Below are positions 59,036 to 64,000 of a stretch of 64,000 nucleotides of DNA, piece after piece; position 1 is the first letter of the stretch, and the number at the start of each line of letters is the position of its first letter. The notes under the pieces are model-generated. The model had not been told where the DNA came from. It made no database searches and saw only the letters and a program-made list of their open reading frames with translations. The position numbers were made by a program, and so were the translations under genes. The DNA lies in NCBI GenBank assembly GCA_051294375.1, contig CM119268.1, forward strand, positions 21,173,020 to 21,237,019, read 5' to 3'. The DNA comes from Paraspadella gotoi. Taxonomy: Eukaryota > Animalia > Chaetognatha.

Positions 59036-59070
59036 TGATGAACGGTTGGTGGATTTTAGTCCACCATACA

Positions 59071-59081
59071 TCCCCCCTCCC
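59071..59081 (-). promoter_or_regulatory. Polypurine tract (PPT)
   Basis: GGGAGGGGGGA lies immediately 5' of the LTR-initial TG on the minus strand. Confidence 0.85.
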
Positions 59082-59320
59082 GTAGGAGGAAGTCTAATCT
59101 CTTCAGTGAATTGTTGTTGGTGGAAAGTGGCGTTCACCAAGTTGAGGCATGTCGCCTGATGTTGTTGTTGGCGGAAAGTGCATCGTCAGTGTTGAGGCAG
59201 TGTCGCGGCTGAACAGGTGTTTGTTGGTCGTGCTGTGTGTGTTCGGAAGTGCCGAATCGAGCATGAAGAGATAGTGAATTTATTGAAAAGCTGTATAGAT
59301 GACAGTAACTCGTTCAAATA

Positions 59321-59407
59321 AGCAGCATCCCTGAGCCTTTGGATCAGGCTGTAACACCAATGTTACAGGGCGGGTGTTAAAGCCCGCCCGTCGCCTCTTG
59401 AACTGCT
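59321..59407 (-). ncRNA. Twister ribozyme in the 5' LTR (indel-rich copy)
   Basis: AGCAGT..GAGG.GACG..TAA..CCCGCC.TGTAACA..TGTTACA G CCTGA TCCAAAGGC TCAGG, collinear with the 3' LTR copy. Confidence 0.6.
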
Positions 59408-59805
59408 AGGCGGCCACTTGGGCTAGTAGGAGCCCTGGAGCGCTTTGGGGGAGGCGAAATGATGGCCACTGGCACAATGGGCTGCTGGATGAACGCGTTG
59501 GTGGATTTTAGTCTAGCCATAAGAAATCAATTATTATTTTCCTTTAAATGATTTTCAATCATTAATCTTGTAAAATACGTAGGATAAAATTTGTAAATAA
59601 GTATTTTATTCATCTTACTATGAAATTAGAACTTGTAATATGTGAACTTTCTAATATTTGTCGCAGATATTCAAACCTAAAATTTTTGGCCCAGTCAAGC
59701 CAAGTTTTACAAAATTAATAGAGAAAATAGTTAGTCTCCAACGTAACAAAAAGAAAAAAGTAATAACTAAACGAAAAGCATAAAGAGAGAGCTCGGAGGA
59801 AATTG

Positions 59806-60500
59806 ATGAGAGAAAAGAGAAAATCGGCAAAATATATGCGAAAGTCTCCCGTCTCAAACCGCGGAAAAGGAGCGAAGGCGGTGAATGAGGAGGAGGAGTC
59901 ATTTTCGTCGCAGGAAGACCCGCGGAAAGAGAGCGAACTTACTTGATTCAATGGAAAATGTGGCTGGGCTGAACAAACATTAAGGCAAAAACTGCTTAGC
60001 TATAAGTTAACTACTCGAATGCTCGGAGGTCAGTCAGAAATAAAACAACTAAGTAGCTGGAGAAAAGAAGGTGTTAAGAATTGCTGTAGGAGAAATTTAA
60101 TAAGAAGACTATACAGAATGACTGCTAAGCAAAAAGTCGTCAAGGACAACAAATGATTAAAAAAGCGCAAACAAAACATAAGTCGACAGGACAAATAAGG
60201 CAAGAGTATACCTATTCGCGAAAACCGCTACCAGGAACTGATATGAAGAATGCAACAACAGAGAAACAGCTTCAATATGTAATGTCAAGATTATGGAGTG
60301 CTTGAGTGCGGCAAGAAGCTATAATTTCCTGACAATAAATCAAATGCTGTGAAGAATGCAACAAGGAAAGATGATGAAGAACATAGCTGTAATTATTGTA
60401 TTAATGGGAATGATTTGAGAACGTGTTGATGTCCGAAGTCTGAATAAAGGATACCTTTTTCTGATATATACGTTGAGAGATAACATGTGAGAAAAACTAA
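59806..60500 (+). pseudogene. HP1-like chromodomain gene, intronless and frameshifted (read errors or retropseudogene)
   Basis: An ATG-led basic N-terminus, then EEEE-x-F, then after a frameshift YLIQWK (59940-59957), resembling chromodomain YLLKWKG. A Lys-rich hinge-like stretch follows, and there is an AATAAA at ~60728. Confidence 0.4.
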
Positions 60501-60834
60501 GGCATATTCATGATTCGGATAGAGAGAGTGTGGAACGTTAAAAAAGGAACGGGATCTATGTGTAAATACTGAATTTAAAACTATCGTATAATAATTTAGT
60601 CACTTTGTATTTTTTTTGTTTGTTAAATTTATTTACATTTTCTTTAAAAATGTGTACATACATGTAATGTTACGGCTCATTAACTGTTACATTGTTACTG
60701 TGTTTAAACATTTCAACAATTTGAGCATAATAAATCAAATCAAATCAAAATCGTCACCGAGTTGTCCTCACGGGGTCACCGCGGCTGGCCTATTCATGGT
60801 CGAGACAGTGGCGGTAAAGTCAACCATATGCCTC

Positions 60835-60869
<35 letters not shown>

Positions 60870-61133
60870 AAACAAGGAACGGTTATTCTTTTTACTTATC
60901 ATGTCATTTATTCTTATAGTTTAAAATATTTCTTTAAAAGGCGGCGCCAGTAGTCGCTTAGATTTGATTTTTAACAAATGAGCAACAAACTATAGGCAAG
61001 TTATAAGCGTTTTTAACGTATCTTAGGTGTCTTATTGAGTACTCGCGGCGCAACTAAAAAAGAGAGAGAGAGAGAGGCAGATAGAATTATTTTTATTAAA
61101 ATATTTAATATGGGCGCTGCTACAGGAACGTAT

Positions 61134-61209
61134 TGAAGAGACAGTAATTATTGATATGTGTTAATGACTGAACCGTTCAATGTAAGCAGTCCCTGAGCTT
61201 CGGATCAGG
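61134..61209 (-). mobile_element. Third family B LTR, cut by an N gap
   Basis: TGAAGAGACAGTAATTATTGAT...AACCGTTCAATGTAAGCAGTCCCTGAGCTTCGGATCAGG is near-identical to 58835-58910. It retains a perfect P4 CCTGA/TCAGG and the loop TCCGAAGC. Confidence 0.9.
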
Positions 61210-64000
61210 NNNNNNNNNNNNNNNNNNNNNNNNNNNNNNNNNNNNNNNNNNNNNNNNNNNNNNNNNNNNNNNNNNNNNNNNNNNNNNNNNNNNNNNNNNN
61301 NNNNNNNNNNNNNNNNNNNNNNNNNNNNNNNNNNNNNNNNNNNNNNNNNNNNNNNNNNNNNNNNNNNNNNNNNNNNNNNNNNNNNNNNNNNNNNNNNNNN
61401 NNNNNNNNNNNNNNNNNNNNNNNNCAAAACACGACTTGCATATTTTTCAGGATGAATTTTTTTTAGGAGAAGTTGCAATGAAGCTATTAGAAATCTATAT
61501 TTTTAACCTTGCTAATTATTTGTTATTTATATATTTTTTTATTTATTCATATATTTATATATTCATATATTCATATATTTATTCATATAATCATTTGTCT
61601 TTACCTTTTATTTTTTTATCATTTTTTCTTTTTATTTTTCCTCTCAATGGGGAGATAATTTTTTTTTACCATTGGAGTTTTTTCATTTCTTTTCGTTTTT
61701 CCTAGAATCTGAATCTTAACTTTAAACCCTTTTCCTTAATTTCTAACCCTAACCTTAAACCCTAATCGCAAACCCAAATCCCCAACCCAAATCACAAACG
61801 AAGTCCCTCATCATAATCACTTTACCCTAACGCTAACTTCTGACAAAATCTTTAACTAAAAAAAATAACCTAATTTAGAATTTAAGTGTAAATGGGACGT
61901 TCTTGGAAAATAAGGCCTGAAAATCTACGAAAGGCAATTTTAGTTTCGTTTTCATCCAATTGTTCCTTTGTTCGTTGTTCTTTTTTCGACAATGATCGAC
62001 TCCGACGCGTTCGCCCTCTGTCGTCAGTTTTAATAATCGTCTTCTCTTATTGAGAGAAAAAATCCACAAGACGGAGACAACAAAGGAAAGTCATTGTTGA
62101 ATGAGNNNNNNNNNNNNNNNNNNNNNNNNNNNNNNNNNNNNNNNNNNNNNNNNNNNNNNNNNNNNNNNNNNNNNNNNNNNNNNNNNNNNNNNNNNNNNNN
62201 NNNNNNNNNNNNNNNNNNNNNNNNNNNNNNNNNNNNNNNNNNNNNNNNNNNNNNNNNNNNNNNNNNNNNNNNNNNNNNNNNNNNNNNNNNNNNNNNNNNN
62301 NNNNNNNNNNNNNNNNNNNNNNNNNNNNNNNNNNNNNNNNNNNNNNNNNNNNNNNNNNNNNNNNNNNNNNNNNNNNNNNNNNNNNNNNNNNNNNNNNNNN
62401 NNNNNNNNNNNNNNNNNNNNNNNNNNNNNNNNNNNNNNNNNNNNNNNNNNNNNNNNNNNNNNNNNNNNNNNNNNNNNNNNNNNNNNNNNNNNNNNNNNNN
62501 NNNNNNNNNNNNNNNNNNNNNNNNNNNNNNNNNNNNNNNNNNNNNNNNNNNNNNNNNNNNNNNNNNNNNNNNNNNNNTTGATTAGTTGTTAAGTTGAGTT
62601 TTAAATTTCTTTCGCTTACTTTATTTTTTTATCATTTTTTTTCTGTAACTTTTTTCGTCTTCAGTTATTTCTCTCTCTCTCTCTCTCTCTCTCNNNNNNN
62701 NNNNNNNNNNNNNNNNNNNNNNNNNNNNNNNNNNNNNNNNNNNNNNNNNNNNNNNNNNNNNNNNNNNNNNNNNNNNNNNNNNNNNNNNNNNNNNNNNNNN
62801 NNNNNNNNNNNNNNNNNNNNNNNNNNNNNNNNNNNNNNNNNNNNNNNNNNNNNNNNNNNNNCTCGTTCTGACTTTTTTGAATCCCCACCGCTAAAACAAA
62901 CTAATAAGAAAAACTCAAAATAATAGAAACCAACAATTTAAAAAAAAATTCCTAATTTTTTTGGAAAACCGGATTCACGCCACTAATAAGTTTAAAACTA
63001 TATTTTTTTCTTTTAAAAGGAGCAATTAGATAATATTTTCACTTTATAAACAGCAATCTGAAATTATTTAAAGAGAAAAATTTACTTTTTTACGATATAA
63101 CCTTGTAAAATGTAAGTAACATTCAACAATGTGATTTTTAGTTTAATTTCTTTTAATCCAGAAAGTCATCAACCGATTTTTTAATAATAAAATAATTTTC
63201 TCATCATTACTTTTTTTTGCATTTTACTCCCTTCGTTAATTTTTTTTCTAATTTGTCATCACTCTCATCACTCTCCTGTCATCATTTTCACGCTCTCCCT
63301 AGAAAAGACTTTTTCTTTGATTTTGTGACTCAGTGACTCTGTGATCTTTTTGCCCTGATCTTCTTTCTTCTTTCTTCTTTCTTCTTTCATCTTTCTTCTT
63401 TCTTCTTTCTTCTTTCTCACTCTCATTGCTTCTTTGTTTAGGTGTTTTCCTTTTTTGGCCGCAAAATCGGAAAGAATCCAGAAAAAAAGGCTGATTAAAA
63501 GAAATCGTACAAACACGAGAGATTNNNNNNNNNNNNNNNNNNNNNNNNNNNNNNNNNNNNNNNNNNNNNNNNNNNNNNNNNNNNNNNNNNNNNNNNNNNN
63601 NNNNNNNNNNNNNNNNNNNNNNNNNNNNNNNNNNNNNNNNNNNNNNNNNNNNNNNNNNNNNNNNNNNNNNNNNNNNNNNNNNNNNNNNNNNNNNNNNNNN
63701 NNNNNNNNNNNNNTGGATTTCTGAAAACGTAGCGACTTAACTGAGAGAATTCTTTCGTTAATTGTCATAAATTTAGAACAAAAATAATATTTCAAAATTG
63801 TTACAATAAAAAGTAAATAGTGCGTTAGGGCCTTGATCTCTAGCCTTTGTATATATACGAATTTTTAGAATTATTTATAATTAACTTAATTGAATTTTAA
63901 TTGAACTACGTAATGTATTGAATATATTTGAATAAAAAGTTTTTGGTTTCTTTTTTTTTTCGTTTTTAAGCCGATTATTTGGAAAAATATTTAACCGGAA

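Larger units (their letters stand above)
58835..59523 (-). mobile_element. Family B non-autonomous mini LTR retrotransposon (TRIM/retrozyme-like): 5' LTR 59523-59264, internal 59263-59071, 3' LTR 59070-58835
   Basis: Two direct repeats. The 3' LTR reads TGTATGG...TCTCTTCA (TG..CA, 236 bp) and a PPT abuts it. The flanks GAAAG/GAAAT are a possible 5-bp TSD with 1 mismatch. The same LTR boundary recurs at 61134. No ORF. Confidence 0.85.

Overview
This is a eukaryotic, AT-rich, microsatellite-dense draft scaffold, probably invertebrate, with many N gaps. Several multi-kb fold-back or duplicated segments have one arm full of indels, which looks like raw long-read gap filling. Almost all ORFs in the track are microsatellite artefacts. 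The main discovery is two unrelated families of short LTRs (family A at 18.2-18.8 kb; family B at 58.8-59.5 kb and 61.1 kb). Each LTR carries a tRNA-derived Pol III head (A/B boxes) followed directly by a circularly permuted (P5-type) twister ribozyme. The T1 pseudoknot covaries between the families (loop CC with GG in A; loop CG with CG in B). Family B is a complete ~690-bp TRIM-like element (LTR, internal region, PPT, LTR, probable TSD). Family A has TG..CA ends followed by a PBS-like sequence. Together they suggest a twister-based, Pol III-driven LTR retrozyme in an animal genome. Weaker coding signals are a Cys-rich 24-aa repeat protein with an in-frame TGA, an error-ridden HP1-like chromodomain gene and possible ionotropic-receptor fragments. 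All alignments and folds were done by eye.
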